Of a stretch of 64,000 bases of DNA, positions 1 through 13,400 are shown piece after piece. Below the pieces are notes generated by a model. It ran no database searches. It was not told the DNA's origin and was given only the letters and a program-made list of their open reading frames with translations. Origin of the DNA: Mobula hypostoma. Lineage: Eukaryota. Both the position numbers and the translations under genes were made by a program. The stretch's first letter is position 1. Each line of letters opens with the position of its first letter. The stretch lies in the NCBI RefSeq assembly GCF_963921235.1, contig NC_086108.1:82462001-82526000 (forward strand). Direction: 5' to 3'.

Positions 1-339
1 TTTGATAATTTACATATACGAAGTGTTGCATTTACCTACTTGCCTGTGATATTGCTGCAAGTTCTTTCTTTGCACCTGTACCCAGATTGTGCACCTGACC
101 ATAGACAGGGATAATGAGACTGCTGTGATAAACCTCTGTGGCAAAACTTTATGCATAAAATGATTGACCTCAAACAACAAAAAGCATCTTCTTTTGCTCT
201 GGGAATGATGCCAACTAGTGGTTGTACACTGCTTCGCCTAACCTTTTCATAGTAATCCTCGATGGATTGGATTATTTGCACTCCAATCCATTCTTCTGTC
301 ATAATCCATGCCTGGTTTTAGAGCAGCTGTGTTTGTTTC

Positions 340-1400
340 ATATATATATGACCGCCGCTGGAAAGCTTTCGCTGGTTTGCATCTCTGTTCAGTCTGAGGA
401 CTATGCTCACAATGTCTTGGACGCGGGATGAGCTCCTTAATCCTCACGTTTATCAAACTGTTATTGGCTCGGTTTGCGGTGGGGCTGCATTGCTTCTACT
501 ATGGAGATGGATGGAAAGGAGGAACTGTCAGGCAGTGTTACGGAAAGCCCGTTTAAGAAGAGAAAAAGCCTTGAGAGAAATGGAGAGAGCCGTGTTGAAC
601 TTTGAACAGTCGGTAAGTTTTGAAAATATGGGGCAAGCGGACCAGCGGACGTGGTGGCAAAAATATATTAAGTATCCATAGGGCGCTGGTGATGTGTTCC
701 GTCGCAGAACCGGGTTAATGAACACGGCAGCGCCTGCGTTGGTTTTGAGCGTTATTTTTGTCTAGGCCCGCTACCATTTGTAGCTTCTGGTTGTCACTGT
801 GATTGATTCAGAGCTGGGGTGATAGAAATTCTGTTTAAATTACTAAATCTGCATAACAACCGGAGGTTTGGGTTACTGAAAGAGGAAGTAAGATTAATTT
901 TATTTTTAAGAAAAATAAACTGTTTATATAAAAGAAATACAAAACGTGCACGCCTTTTGTTACGTTGATAGAGTTTTCGTTTGTAATACATGTGAAAGTA
1001 TTCTGCGTACGGAGCACCACTGCCCCGCATGGGACCCTCAACGAGCGATTGGGACTGGCGTGGCCCCGTAGAGTCTAGTAACGGGAGAATCTCGCTGTTC
1101 TCTCCCGGAAAGGCTTTGCGTTGGCGACACGTACGGCTGCTTCATCCTTCAGCACGTACGGCTGTAACTTGGAATGTGCGAGTTGACAGAATTCTCTTGT
1201 GAATATCTCATTGTACTGGAAGTCAAATGGGCAGACCAAAGTGCACCCTTCACCAGAACGAAGGTCTTCCAGCAGAGTTTGTCCCGGTGTACATACCTGG
1301 GAACAACTCTCGAAGACTCTTGTTTTTCAGCAGCGAGCCGGGAAATATAATCTAATATAGCTGGATGAATAGCTACCCGATTGGTTGTTTAAGCACCACC
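340..1400. promoter_or_regulatory. CpG-enriched region over the first exon and start of intron 1 (likely promoter region)
   Basis: Visibly higher CpG density than the rest of the non-repeat DNA; inverted CCAAT (GATTGG) near 1047 and 1379. Not computed. Confidence 0.5.
403..612 (+). CDS. FAAH: FAAH/VDHAP-like exon 1 (MLTMSWTR...AVLNFEQS; includes the membrane anchor)
   Basis: ATG with A at -3; hydrophobic [17 protein letters not shown] followed by a basic helix; donor GTAAGT at 613, phase 0. Alternative ATG at 412. Confidence 0.88.
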
Positions 1401-4400
1401 CAGAGCAAAAAAAAACAGGAAAATAAGACAGGAAATTTCAATGTTTCTACATGACGGTTGGAACAAAGTGGTGATTATATATACATATGGTAAGATGAGC
1501 TATCTTTGTCACATGAAAGGTATGGCCACATTAGTGGGATTGTATTACAGACCACCCAATAGTCAACGAGAATTGGAAGAGCAAATCTGCGGAGAGATAG
1601 CAGGCAACTGCAGGAAACAAAAAGTTGTGGTGGTAGGGGATTTTTATTTTCCGTATATTGATTGGGACTCCCATACTGTTAGGGGTCTAGATGGTTTAGA
1701 GTTTGTAAAATGTGTTCAGGAAAGTTTTCTAAATCAATATATAGAGGGACCAACTAGAGGGGATGCAATATTGGATCTCCTGTTAGGAAACGAGTTAGGA
1801 CAAGTGACAGAAGTCTGTGTAGGGGAGCACTTTGGTTCCAGTGATCATAACACCATTAGTTTCAACTTGATCATGGACAAGGATAGATCTGGTCCTAGGG
1901 CTGAGGTTCTTAACTGGAAAAAGGCCAAATTTGAGGAAATGAGAAAGGATCTAAAAAGCGTGGATTGGGACAGGTTGTTCTCTGGCAAGGATGTGATCTG
2001 TAGGTGGGAAGCCTTCAAAGGAGAAATTTTGAGAGTGCAGAATTTGTATGTTCCTGTCAGGATTAAAGGCAAAGTGAATAGGAATAAGGAACCTTGGTTC
2101 TCAAGGGATATTGCAACTCTGATAAAGAAGAAGAGGGAGTTGTATGACATGTATAGGAAACAGGGGGTAAATCAGGTGCTTGAGGAGTATAAGAAGTGCA
2201 AGAAAATACTTAAGAAAGAAATCAGGAGGGCTAAAAGAAGACATGAGGTTGCCTTGGCAGTCAAAGTGAAGGATAATCCAAAAAGCTTTTACAGGTATAT
2301 TAAGAGCAAAAGGATTGTAAGGGATTAAAATTGGTCCTCTTGAAGATCAGAGTGGTCGGCTTTGTGCGGAACCAAAGGAAATGGGGGAGATCTTAAATAG
2401 GTTTTTTGCATCTGTATTTACTAAGGAAACTGGCATGAAGTCTATGGAATTAAGGGAAACAAGTAGTGAGATCATGGAAACTGTATAGATCGAAAAGGAG
2501 GAGGTCCTTGCTGTCTTGAGGAAAATTAAAGTGGATAAATCCCCGGGACCTGACAGGGTGTTCCCTCGGTCCTTGAAGGAGACTAGTGTTGAAATTGCAG
2601 GGGCCCTGGCAGAAATATTTAAAATGTCGCTGTCTACAGGTGAGGTGCCGGAGGATTGGAAAGTGGCTCATGTTGTTCCGTTGTTTAAAAAAGGATCGAA
2701 AAGTAATCTGGGAAATTATAGGCCGGTAAGTTTAACGTCGGTAGTAGGTAAGTTATTGGAGGGAGTACTAAGAGACAGAATCTACAAGCATTTGGATAGA
2801 CAGGGACTTATTAGGGAAAGTCAACATGGTTTTGTGCGTGGTAGGTCATGTTTGACCAATCTATTGGAGTTTTTCGAGGAGGTTACCAGGAAAGTGGTTG
2901 AAGGGAAGGCAGTGGATATTGTCTACATGGATTTCAGTAAGGCCTTTGACAAGGTCCCGCATAGGAGGTTAGTTAGGAAAATTCAGTCGCTAGGTATACA
3001 TGGAGAGGTGATAAATTGGATTAGACATTGGCTCAATGGAAGAAGCCAAAGAGTGGTAGTAGAGAATTGCTTCTCCGAGTGGAGGCCTGTGACTAGTGGT
3101 GTGCCACAGGGATCAGTGCTGGGTCCATTGTTATTTGTCATCTATATCAATGATCTGGATGAAAATGTGGTAAATTGGATCAGCAAATTTGCTGATGATA
3201 CAAAGATTGGAGGTGAAGTAGGCAGTGAGGAAGGTTTTCAGAGCCTGCAGAGGGACTTGGACCAGCTGGAAAAATGGGCTGAAAAATGGCAGATGGAGTT
3301 TAATACAGACAAGTGTGAGGTATTGCATGTTGGAAGGACAAACCAAGGTAGAACATACAGGGTTAATGGTAAGGCACTGAGGAGTGCAGTGGAACAGAGG
3401 GATCTGGGAATACAGATACAAAATTCCTTAAAAGTGGCGTCACAGGTAGATAGGGTCATAAAGAGAGCTTTTGGTACATTGGCCTTTATCAATCAAAGTA
3501 TTGAATACAAGAAGTGGAATGTTATGATGAGGTTGTATAAGGCATTGGTGAGGCCGAATCTGGAGTATTGTGTTCAGTTTTGGTCACCAAATTACAGGAA
3601 GGATATAAATAAGGTTGAAAGAGTGCAGAGAAGGTTTACAAGGATGTTGCCGGGACTTGAGAAACTCAGTTACAGAGAAAGGTTGAATAGGTTAGGACTT
3701 TATTCCCTGGAGCATAGAAGAATAAGGGGAGATTTGATAGAGGTATATAAAATTATGATGGGTATAGATAGAGTGAATGCAAGCAGGCTTTTTCCACTGA
3801 GGCAAGGGGAGAAAAAAACCAGAGGACATGGGTTAAGGGTGGGGGGGGGAAGTTTAAAGGGAACATTAGGGGGACTTCTTCACACAGAGAGTGGTGGGAG
3901 TATGGAATGAGCTGCCAGATGAGGTGGTAAATGTGGGTTCTTTTTTAACATTTAAGAATAAATTGGACAGATACATGGATGGGAGGTGTATGGAGGGATA
4001 TGGTCTGTGTGCAGGTCAGTGGGACTAGGCAGAAAATGGCTTGGCACAGCCAAGAAGGGCCAAAAGGCCTGTTTCTGTGCTGTAGTTTCTATGGTTCTAC
4101 GTACATCGAAACATTGAAGCATACCGTGAAATCCATCATTTGCATCAACTGCCAAAGCAGTTTGAGAATGGGCTGGGAATTGCCGGCAAGTGTCACCATA
4201 CATTCTGGTGCCAATGTAGCATGGTCAAAAGCTAACTAACCGTAACCCATAAGTCTTTGGAATTTGGGAGGAAACCAGAGTTCCCGGAGGAAACCCATGC
4301 AGCCAAGGGAAGAATGTACAATTTCCCTAAAGGCAGCAGCAGAATTGAACATTTCAAGTATGGTACCGATACTGTCGCTCTGCGTATATCCCCTTGAGAG

Positions 4401-7400
4401 TCTGCCACAGATGTTCTTCAGTCAGATTCCCCTGGGCCACAGGACTGTCATAAAAGATGAGATTGGGTTGATCAGATTTGTACTTAATAGATCTTAGAAG
4501 AATGAGAGGTACAAAATCATTGACTATATTTAAAAGGATGGATGATTTCTAGAAGCAAAAGGCATCAGAGAGTATGGAGAAACAACAGGGTTATGACATT
4601 AGTAATACACATAAAATGCTGGAGGAACTCAGCAGGCCAGGCAGCATCTATGGATCGAGGCACGACCGCGCAGGCGGGTGGACGTGAGTGAGTTAGACCA
4701 GTGGGAAGAACTTGAAAAGAAGATGGCTTTATAAAACGGGCGTCTGAGTAGGAGGGCTTTGGCTCAGAGGGGCTTTGGCGATAACGGGTCGAGGTGAGGA
4801 AAGCTACTCGTGAAGAATAGGAAGTACGTCTGTGAGGCCGGTGTTCTGTACTGGGTGTCAGATGTGGAATTTCCGGGAGACTCCCAGCCTTTCGGATGGC
4901 CACATCTGCGCCAGGTGCGTCGGCTCATGGGGAACTGGAAATGCAGCTTGATGACCTTTGGTCAGGGAAAGTGAGGAGGTGATAGATAGGAACTATAGGC
5001 AAGGCGTCACACCAGGGCCTCAGGAGACAGACAAGTGGGTAACAGTCAGATACTAGAGAGTATCCCTGTGGCTGTCTCCCTTAACAATAAGTACTCCTGT
5101 TTGGGTACTGCTGGGGGGTGGGGGGGGGAAATGACCTACCTGGGGGAAGCAACAGTGGCCGTGCCTCTGGGACAGAGTCTGGCCCTGTGGCTCAGAAGGG
5201 TAGGGAAAGGAAGAGGATGGCAGCAGTGATAGGGGACTCTATAGTCAGGGGGTCAGACAGACAATTCTGTGGACGCAAGAAAGAAACACGGATGGTAGTT
5301 TGCCTCCCAGGTGCCAGGGATGTTTTTCGTTCATGTCCACGATATCCTAAAGTGGGAAGGTGAACAGCCAGAGGCTGTGGTACATATTGGTACCAATGAC
5401 ATAGGTAGGAGAAGGGAAGAGGTCCTGAAAACAAACTACAGGAAGTTAGGAAAGAAGCTGAGAAGGTGGACCTCAAAGGTAGTAATCTTGGGATTACTGC
5501 CTGTGCCACGTGACAGTGAATATGGGAATAGAGTGAAGTGGAGGTTAAATGCATGGCTGAGAGATCGGGGCAGGAGGCAGGAGGCAGGGGTTCAGATTTC
5601 TGGATCATTGGGACCTCTTTTGGGGCAGGCATGATCTGTACAATAAGGACGGGTTGCACTTGAATCTGAAGGGGACCAATATTCTGGTAGGGAAATTTGC
5701 TAAGGCTATTGGGGAGAGTTTAAACTAGAATTGCTGGGGTGTGGGAACCGAACTGAAGAGATGGAGGAAGAGGCGGTTGGCTCACAAATAGAGAAAGCTT
5801 GGAGACAGGGAGTATAGGCAGGTGATAGAGAAGGGATGTGCTCAGACTGATAGCTTGAGATGTGTCTAATTTAATGCAAGGAGTATCATGAACAAAGCGG
5901 ATGAGCTTAGAGTGTGGATCAGTACTTGGAGCTATGATGTTGTGGCCATTAGCGTGTCAGATGGTTCAGGGGCAGGAATGGCTACTTAGAGTGCCAGGCT
6001 TTAGATGTTTCAGAAAGGACCGGGAGAGAGGCAGAAGAGGTGGGGCTTGGCACTGCTGATCAGAGATAGTGTCAGGGCCATAGAAAAGGTGGAAGACATG
6101 GAGGGATTGTCTACGTAGTCTCTGTGGGTGGAAGTTGGGAACAGGAAGGGGTCAATAACTCTACTGGGTGTTTTTTATAGATGACCCAATAGTAACAGGG
6201 ACATAGAGGAGCAGATAGGGAGACAGATTCTGGAATTGTGCAACAATAACAGGGTTGTCGTGATGGGAGATTTTAATTTCCCCAATATTGATTGGCATCT
6301 CCCTAGAGCAAGGGATTTAGATGGGGTGGAGTTTGTTAGGTGTGTTTGGGAAGGTTTTCTGGACACAGTATATAGATAAGCCTACAAGAGGAGAGGCTGT
6401 ACTTGATCTGGTATTGGGAAATGAACCTGGTCAGGAGTCAGGTCTCTCGGTGGGAGAGAATTTTAGAGATAGTGATCACAATTCTATCTCCTTTACCAGA
6501 GGATTGGAGAGGGATAGGAACAGACAAGTTAGAAAAGTGTTTAATTGGAGTAAGGGGAAATATGAAGCTATCAGGCAGGAACTTGAATGTATAAATTGAG
6601 AGCAGATGTTCTCAGAGAAATGCATGGCAAAATGTGGCAAATGTTTAGGGGATATTTGCGTGGGGTTCTGCATAGGTACGTTCCAATGAGACATGGAAAG
6701 GATGTTAGGGTACAGGAACCATGGTGTACAAAGGCTTTAGAAAATCTAGTCAAGAAGAAAAGAAAAGCTTACAAAAGGTTCAAAAAAACTAGATAATGAT
6801 AGAGATCTAGAAAATTATAAGACTAGCAGGATGGAGCTTAAGAATGAAATTAGGAGAACCAGAAGGGGCCATGAGAAAGAAGGCCTTGGTGAGCAGGATT
6901 AAGTAAAACCCCAAGGCATTCTACAGGTACACGAAAAGCAAGAGGATAAGATGTGGATTTCAGCAAGGCATTTGATGAGGTACCCCATACAAGGCTTATT
7001 GAGAAAGTAAGGAGGTGTGGGATCCAAGGGGACCTTGCTTTGTGGATCCAAAATTGTCTTGCCCACAGAAGGTAAAGAGGGGTTGTAGACAGGTCATATT
7101 CTGTGTGGAGGTCGGTGACCAGTGGTGTGCCTCAAGGATCTGTTCTGGGATCCTTACTCTTCGTGGTTTTATAAATGACCTGGATGGGGAAGTGAAGGGA
7201 TAGGTCACACAAAGGTTGAGGGTGTTGTGGATAGTGTGGAGGGCTGTCAGATGTTACAGCAGGACATTGATAGGATGCAAAACTAGGCTAAGAAGTGGCA
7301 GATGGAGTTCAACCCAGATAAGTGTGGGGTGGTTCATTTTGGTAGGTCAAATATGATGGCAGAATATAGTATTAATGGTAAGACTCTTGGCAGTGTAAAG

Positions 7401-10400
7401 GAACAGAGAGATCTTGGGGTCTGAGTCCGTAGGACCCGCAAAACTGCATAAGAAAGCATATAGTGCATTGGCCTTCATCAACTGGGGGATTGAGTTCAAG
7501 AGCTGAGATGTAATGTTACAGCTATATAGGACCCTGGTCAGACCCCAGTTGGAGTACTGTGCTCAGTTCTGGTCACCTCACTACAGGAAGGATGTGGGAA
7601 CTAGTGCAGAGGAGGTTTACAAGGATGTTGCCTGGATTGGGTGCATGTCTTCTGAGAATAGGTTGAGTGAACTTGTCCTTTTCCCCTTGGAGTGATGGAG
7701 GATGAGAGGTGACCTGATGGAGGTGTATAAGATGATGAGAGGCATTGATCATGAGGATAGTCAGAGGCTTTTTCCCAGGGCTGAAATGGCTAGCACCAGA
7801 GGGTGCAGTTTTAATGTGCTTAGAAGTAGGTATAGAGGAGATGTTAGGGGTAAGTTTTTTTTTTACACAGAGAGTGGTGAGTGCATGGAATGGGCTGCTG
7901 GTGACTGTGGCGGAAGCGATACAATAGGGTCTTTTAAGAGACTCTTGGACAGGTATGTGGAAGTTAGAAAAATAGAGGGCTATGGGTCACCCTAGGTAAT
8001 TTCTAAAGTAAGTACATTTTCAGCACAGCATTGTGGGCCGAAGGGCCTGTATTGTGCTGTAGGTTTTCTATGTTTCTATGAAAAGAGTAAAAGGTTGACG
8101 TTTCAGGCCAAAACCCTTCATCGGGACTGGAAGAAAGATGAGAAGTCAGAGTAAGAAGGTCGGGGGGGGGGTGAGGGGGAGGGGAGGACGAAGTACAGGT
8201 CCACAATCCCTTATCCGAAAAGCTCCGAAAACTGAACTTTTTTCGTTGATGTGGAGCGTGTCGTAACAAGGCTTGTTTGACACGCCAGCAGCTGAGGTCA
8301 CTCAGGTGTGACGTGGCAGCGCTAGCAGAGGCCGCCAGACATCAGTTGTGGCTCAGCACTCGTACTGGTTACACATGCATTTGCTGTTCGCTGATATTTT
8401 GTGTTCACTGTTGACTTTGTGTTTAATTTCACTGTGAAATTGTCAAAAAGAGCTGCAGATACCCCTATGGGTAACAATGAGGAAAAAGAGAAGGAAGCAT
8501 CTATCATTATTAATAATGCAGAAGGTTGATCGTGGTATGTTAATGAGACAGATGACACTTGAAGAGGTCTTTAAAACCGCCGTCTGTCAACGTGCTGCTT
8601 CATAACTTGAGAATCCTGTTCCTGGCCCATCAGGTACCTGCAGAGTATTTAACTTTGTTTGCCGGATGTAATGCATCTTAACTAGAGGTACCTGTACATA
8701 TTTAGCTTAGTTTGAGCCTGTATATGTCCTAGAGTATTTACGTTCTACATTTATTCCAATAAGTCATTTACCATGTGTTTGATTTGGTTCGTTTGAAGCT
8801 GTATATTATTGTTTTATTGCATGTTTTTGTTGGAAATAAAATGTACTAGTGTATTTGTGGTCTATAATTATCCCACTATTTCATTTATCAGTATATTACT
8901 CTTAAAAATAAACTGTAATAGTATTTGTAAAAAAGCGTGGATCGGGAAAACCTGGAAGTTATCTCTCCAGCACTCATTATTTGAGTTTGTACAGACTTTT
9001 TTTCTTGTCATTATTCCCTAAACAATACAGTATAACAACTATTTATATAGCATTTACCTTGTATTAGGTATTATAAGTAATCTAGAGATGATTTAAAGCA
9101 TACGGGAGGATGTGTGTAGGTCCGGAGCTCCCCCAGGTCCTAAAGTCCACCCAGACTGAGACAGGTTAATTATCAATATAATTATCAATTTTCTGAAATC
9201 CGAAACATTCTGAATTCCGAATTGCAATTGGCCCCAAGGATTTCGGATAAGGGATTGTGGGCCTGTACAAGGTGATAGGTGAAACCTCGGAGAGGAGGAG
9301 GAGGAGGAGGGGTGAAGTAAAGACCTTCTTGCTCTTCCTCCTCCACTTTTGCAGAGAGACAAAGCATGGCCTCTCGAAGGAAAGCAGCAGGAGCCATCTT
9401 AGCATTATCCCAAGCAGCATATCTATCAGAGAGGAGGATGGCCAGAGAGGATTTCTGCTCCACTTTTCCTCTGCTCTGCCCTGGCAATCAGCCACTCCTT
9501 CCTTCCTTACTCGCAGAGTCTGTACCAGGGATGTCACCACCTCACTAAAAACATTTCCCAAGAACATCCCAACACTGTGGATGTCTCACTGTGAATCCAT
9601 CTCTCCTCTATAATGTGATTCACCAGTGGTTGCCATGGATACATCCCCTACATTTCTGGTTGCCATGGATGCTGAAAGTAGCCATTACATCCCGTATTGT
9701 TCAGGAGGAACATGCCACAGCTCCATGCAGTTCTGCTGTGGATTGGCTCGTTCATTACTCACCTTAATGAAAGAACACTAATAATAATAGTAAAGACCTT
9801 ACTCCACTCCAAATTCTACTTACTGTTGTGTAGTGTCCTTTGGCTTTAACTAGTAAACTGTAGAAGTAGTAAAAGCATTAGTAGGATTACCCACTGGTTA
9901 GTTGCCTCTTCTGCAGGTGTCACTTTTTGTATCTTGATGTCACATCTGGAGTTCTGCTTCTTATCTCAATGAAGGTACGGTATGTTAACATTGTCCTTTT
10001 AAATATTTCCTGCCATTTAACACTGGTTGTGTAGTGCACTCTCCTTCACTCCTGCTGCTGCAATCTGGATGCACTTTCCAATAACATTCTCTGCAGAGAC
10101 ACCATTGCTTTCTGATCCTTTCCTTTAAATTGTAACCAAAGCCTGCTCTTTTTTTTTCCCCAGAGGCAGCCAGGAGATGCTGAATTCATTCTGTCCCTAT
10201 CCCTTCAGGAGCTGCATGAAAAATTGCAGAGAGGCATTCTTGCTCCTGATAGTGTACTGAATGCCTACATGGAGAAGGTATGAGGTAGTGTTGTGTTGTG
10301 TTTGGAGGGGTGGGATATGGAGTGGGTGGGGGGCGGGAGGGAGACTTGGTGCCCCATATCAGTAAGATTTGGTTGCAGGAGGAGCAGGACTAGCAGCTCG

Positions 10401-13400
10401 ATATTCTAGGATACAGTTGTTTTAGACATGACCGAGCAGGAGGGATTAAAGAAGGAACGGTGTTACTAGTTAGGGAAAATATCTTGGCAGTGCTCAATTA
10501 GGACAGACTGGAGATTTTGTCTAGTGAGGTGTTATGGGTGTAACTGAGAAATAAGAAAGGTATGACCACATTAACAGGGCTATATTATAGACCACCCAAC
10601 AGTTTGAGGGATTTAGAGCAACAAATTTGCAACAGAATTGCAGAATGTTGCACGAAACATAAGGTTGTTTTAGAAGGTGATTTTCACTTATTGAGTGGGA
10701 CTCCCATAATGTAAAAGAACTGGATGGGACAGAGTTTGTTAAATGTGTTCAGGAAAGTAGAAGTCCCAGTTAGAGAGTGTGTGATACTGGATCTGCTATT
10801 AGGGAATGTGATAGGGCAGGGGACATAAGTTTGCATCTAGTGATCACCATACCATTAGATTCAAAGTAAATATGTGAAAAGGTAAGTCTGGTCTGCGGGT
10901 TGAGATTCCAAATTGGAGACAGGCCAATTTTGATAGTATCAGAAAGGACCTGGCAAGTGTGGACTGGGTCAGGTAGTTTTCTTGCAAAGGTGAACTTGGT
11001 AAGTGGGAGGCCTTCAAAAGTAAAATTTGAGTACACAGCTTGTATGTGCTTATTAGAATAAAAGGTAAAGATAACAGCCTTAGTTTTCATGAGATATTGA
11101 GGCCCTGGTTAAGGGAAAAAAAGATATGGCAGGTAGGAATGAATGGGGTACAGGTGAAGTACAAGAAGTGCAAGAGATCACTTAAGAAAGAAATCAACAG
11201 GTCTCAAAGGAGGCATGAAGTTGCTCCAGCAGACAAGGTGAAGGAGAACCCTAAGGGATTCTACAGATAAGAGCAAAAGGATTGCAAGGGACAAAATTGG
11301 TCCTCTGGAAGATCAGAATGGTAATCCACATGTGGAGCCAAAAAGAGATGGGAGAGATCTTAAATGCATTTTATTTTTTGCATCTGTATTCACTTAGGAG
11401 ATGGACACAGAGTATAGAGAAGTAAGGCAAAATGGCATCAACTTCATGGACTATACAGATTACAGAGGAAGGAGTTTTGCTGTCTTGAGATAAATTAGGG
11501 TGGCTAAATCCCCAGGGCCTGACAAGGTGTTGCCTTGGACCGTGTGTGAGGCAAGTGCAGAAATTGCTGGGGCCCTAGCAAAGATATTGAAATGATCCTT
11601 GGCGACAGGTGAGGTGCTGGAGGATTAGAGGATAGCTAATGTTTTTCCTCTGTTTAAGAAAGGCTGCCGGTGAGCCTGACATCAGTGGTGGGAAAGTTAT
11701 TGGAAGGTATACTAAGGGAAGGTGTTTTAAAGGATATATAAGTATTTTGATAGACATGGACTGATTAAGGATAGTCAGCATGGCTTCATGCATGGTTGAT
11801 GGTGTCTTATCAATCTTGCAGAGTTTTTCAAGAAAGTTTCCAGGGACATTGATAAAGACAAAGCAGTGGATGTTGTCTGCATAAAATTTAAGGCATTTGA
11901 CCAGGTCCTGCTTGGGAGATTGATCAAGAAGGTTTAGTCATTTGCCATTCAAGAGGAGGTAGTGAATTGGATTTGATATTGGCTGTGTGGGAGAAGTCAG
12001 AAAGCAGTGGTAGATGGTTGCCTCTCTGACTGGAAGCCTGTGACTAATGAAGTGCCTCAGAATTGGTGCTGGGTCCATTGTTTTTTGTCATTTATATCTG
12101 CGATCTGGATGATAATGTGGTTAACTGGATCAGCAAATTAGCAGATGACACCAAGATTGGGGAGTGTAGTGGACAGTGAGGAAGACTATCATGGCTTGCA
12201 GAGGGATCTGGACCTGCTGGAAAAAAATGGGCTGTAAAATGGCAGGTAGAATTTAATGCAGACAAGTGTGAGGTGTTGCATTTCAGTGGGATCAAACAGT
12301 TTAGGTCTTACACAGTGAATGGTAGGACACTGAGGAGTGTGATAGAACAAAGTGATCTGGAAATACAGGTCTATAATTCGTTGAAATTGGCATCACAGGA
12401 ATAGGGTCACAAAGAAAGCTTTTGGCACATTGGCCTTCTTAAATGAAAGGATCGAGTATAGGAAATGGGATGTTATGTTGAAGTTGTTTATGACATTGTT
12501 GAGGCCAGATTTGGAGTATTGTGGCAGTTTTGGTTACCTACCTACAGGAATGATGTAAATAAGGTTGAAAGAATACTGAGAAAATCGACAAGGATATTGT
12601 CAAGTCTGGAGGACCTGAATTATAAGGAAAGATTGAATAGGGTAGAACTTCATTCCTTGGAACATAGAAGAATGAGAGCAGATTTGATAGTGGTGTACAA
12701 AATTATGAGCGGTATAAATAGGGTAGATGCAAGCAGGCTTTTTCCACTGGGGTTGGGTGGGACTACAACCAGAGGTAATGAGTTAAGGGTGAAAAGTAAA
12801 AGTTTGAAGGGACATGAGGGGAAACTTCTTCACTCAAAGGGTCGTGAGAGCGTGCATGGAGCTGCTAGCACAAGTGGTGCATGTGAGCTGGATTTCAACA
12901 TTTAAGAGAGGTTTGGATAGGTATATGGATGGTAGGGGTGTGGAGGGCAATGTTCCCAGTGCAGGTTGATGGGAGTAGGCAGCTTAAATGGTTCATCAAG
13001 GACTAGATGGGCTGAAGGACCTGTTTCTGTGCTGTACTTTTCTATGATTCTCTGATTGAATTGGGATGGAGGCCCAGCAAACTGCTGGACACAAAACACA
13101 ATGCCAGTTTGAGACCAAAAGTGAGCTGTAGTATTGGGTTTGAAAAGCCTGAAGTCAAGTGGAGGGGGGAGAAGACGGAGAGGGAATGAATGTATCAGTT
13201 CTCTTTCTTGCCCTCAAGTCATCTGGATATTCCATTTGACCTTAAACGAGGTGTTCAATGTAGAAGCCAACCTTGCATTACAGGTTAATTATTGGGAATC
13301 CCATGTACCATGTAAGTTTCGGGCCAAGACCCTTCATCGGTACTGATGAAGGGTCTCGGCCCAAAATGTTGACATTTTATTCATTTTATTTGATGCTGCC

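Noticed and set aside
36..302. 88-aa minus-strand ORF upstream of exon 1
   Set aside because: No recognisable domain or homology, and its length is compatible with chance.
613..681. In-frame continuation of the exon 1 ORF to a stop at 681
   Set aside because: Read-through past a consensus GTAAGT donor; family similarity continues in exon 2.
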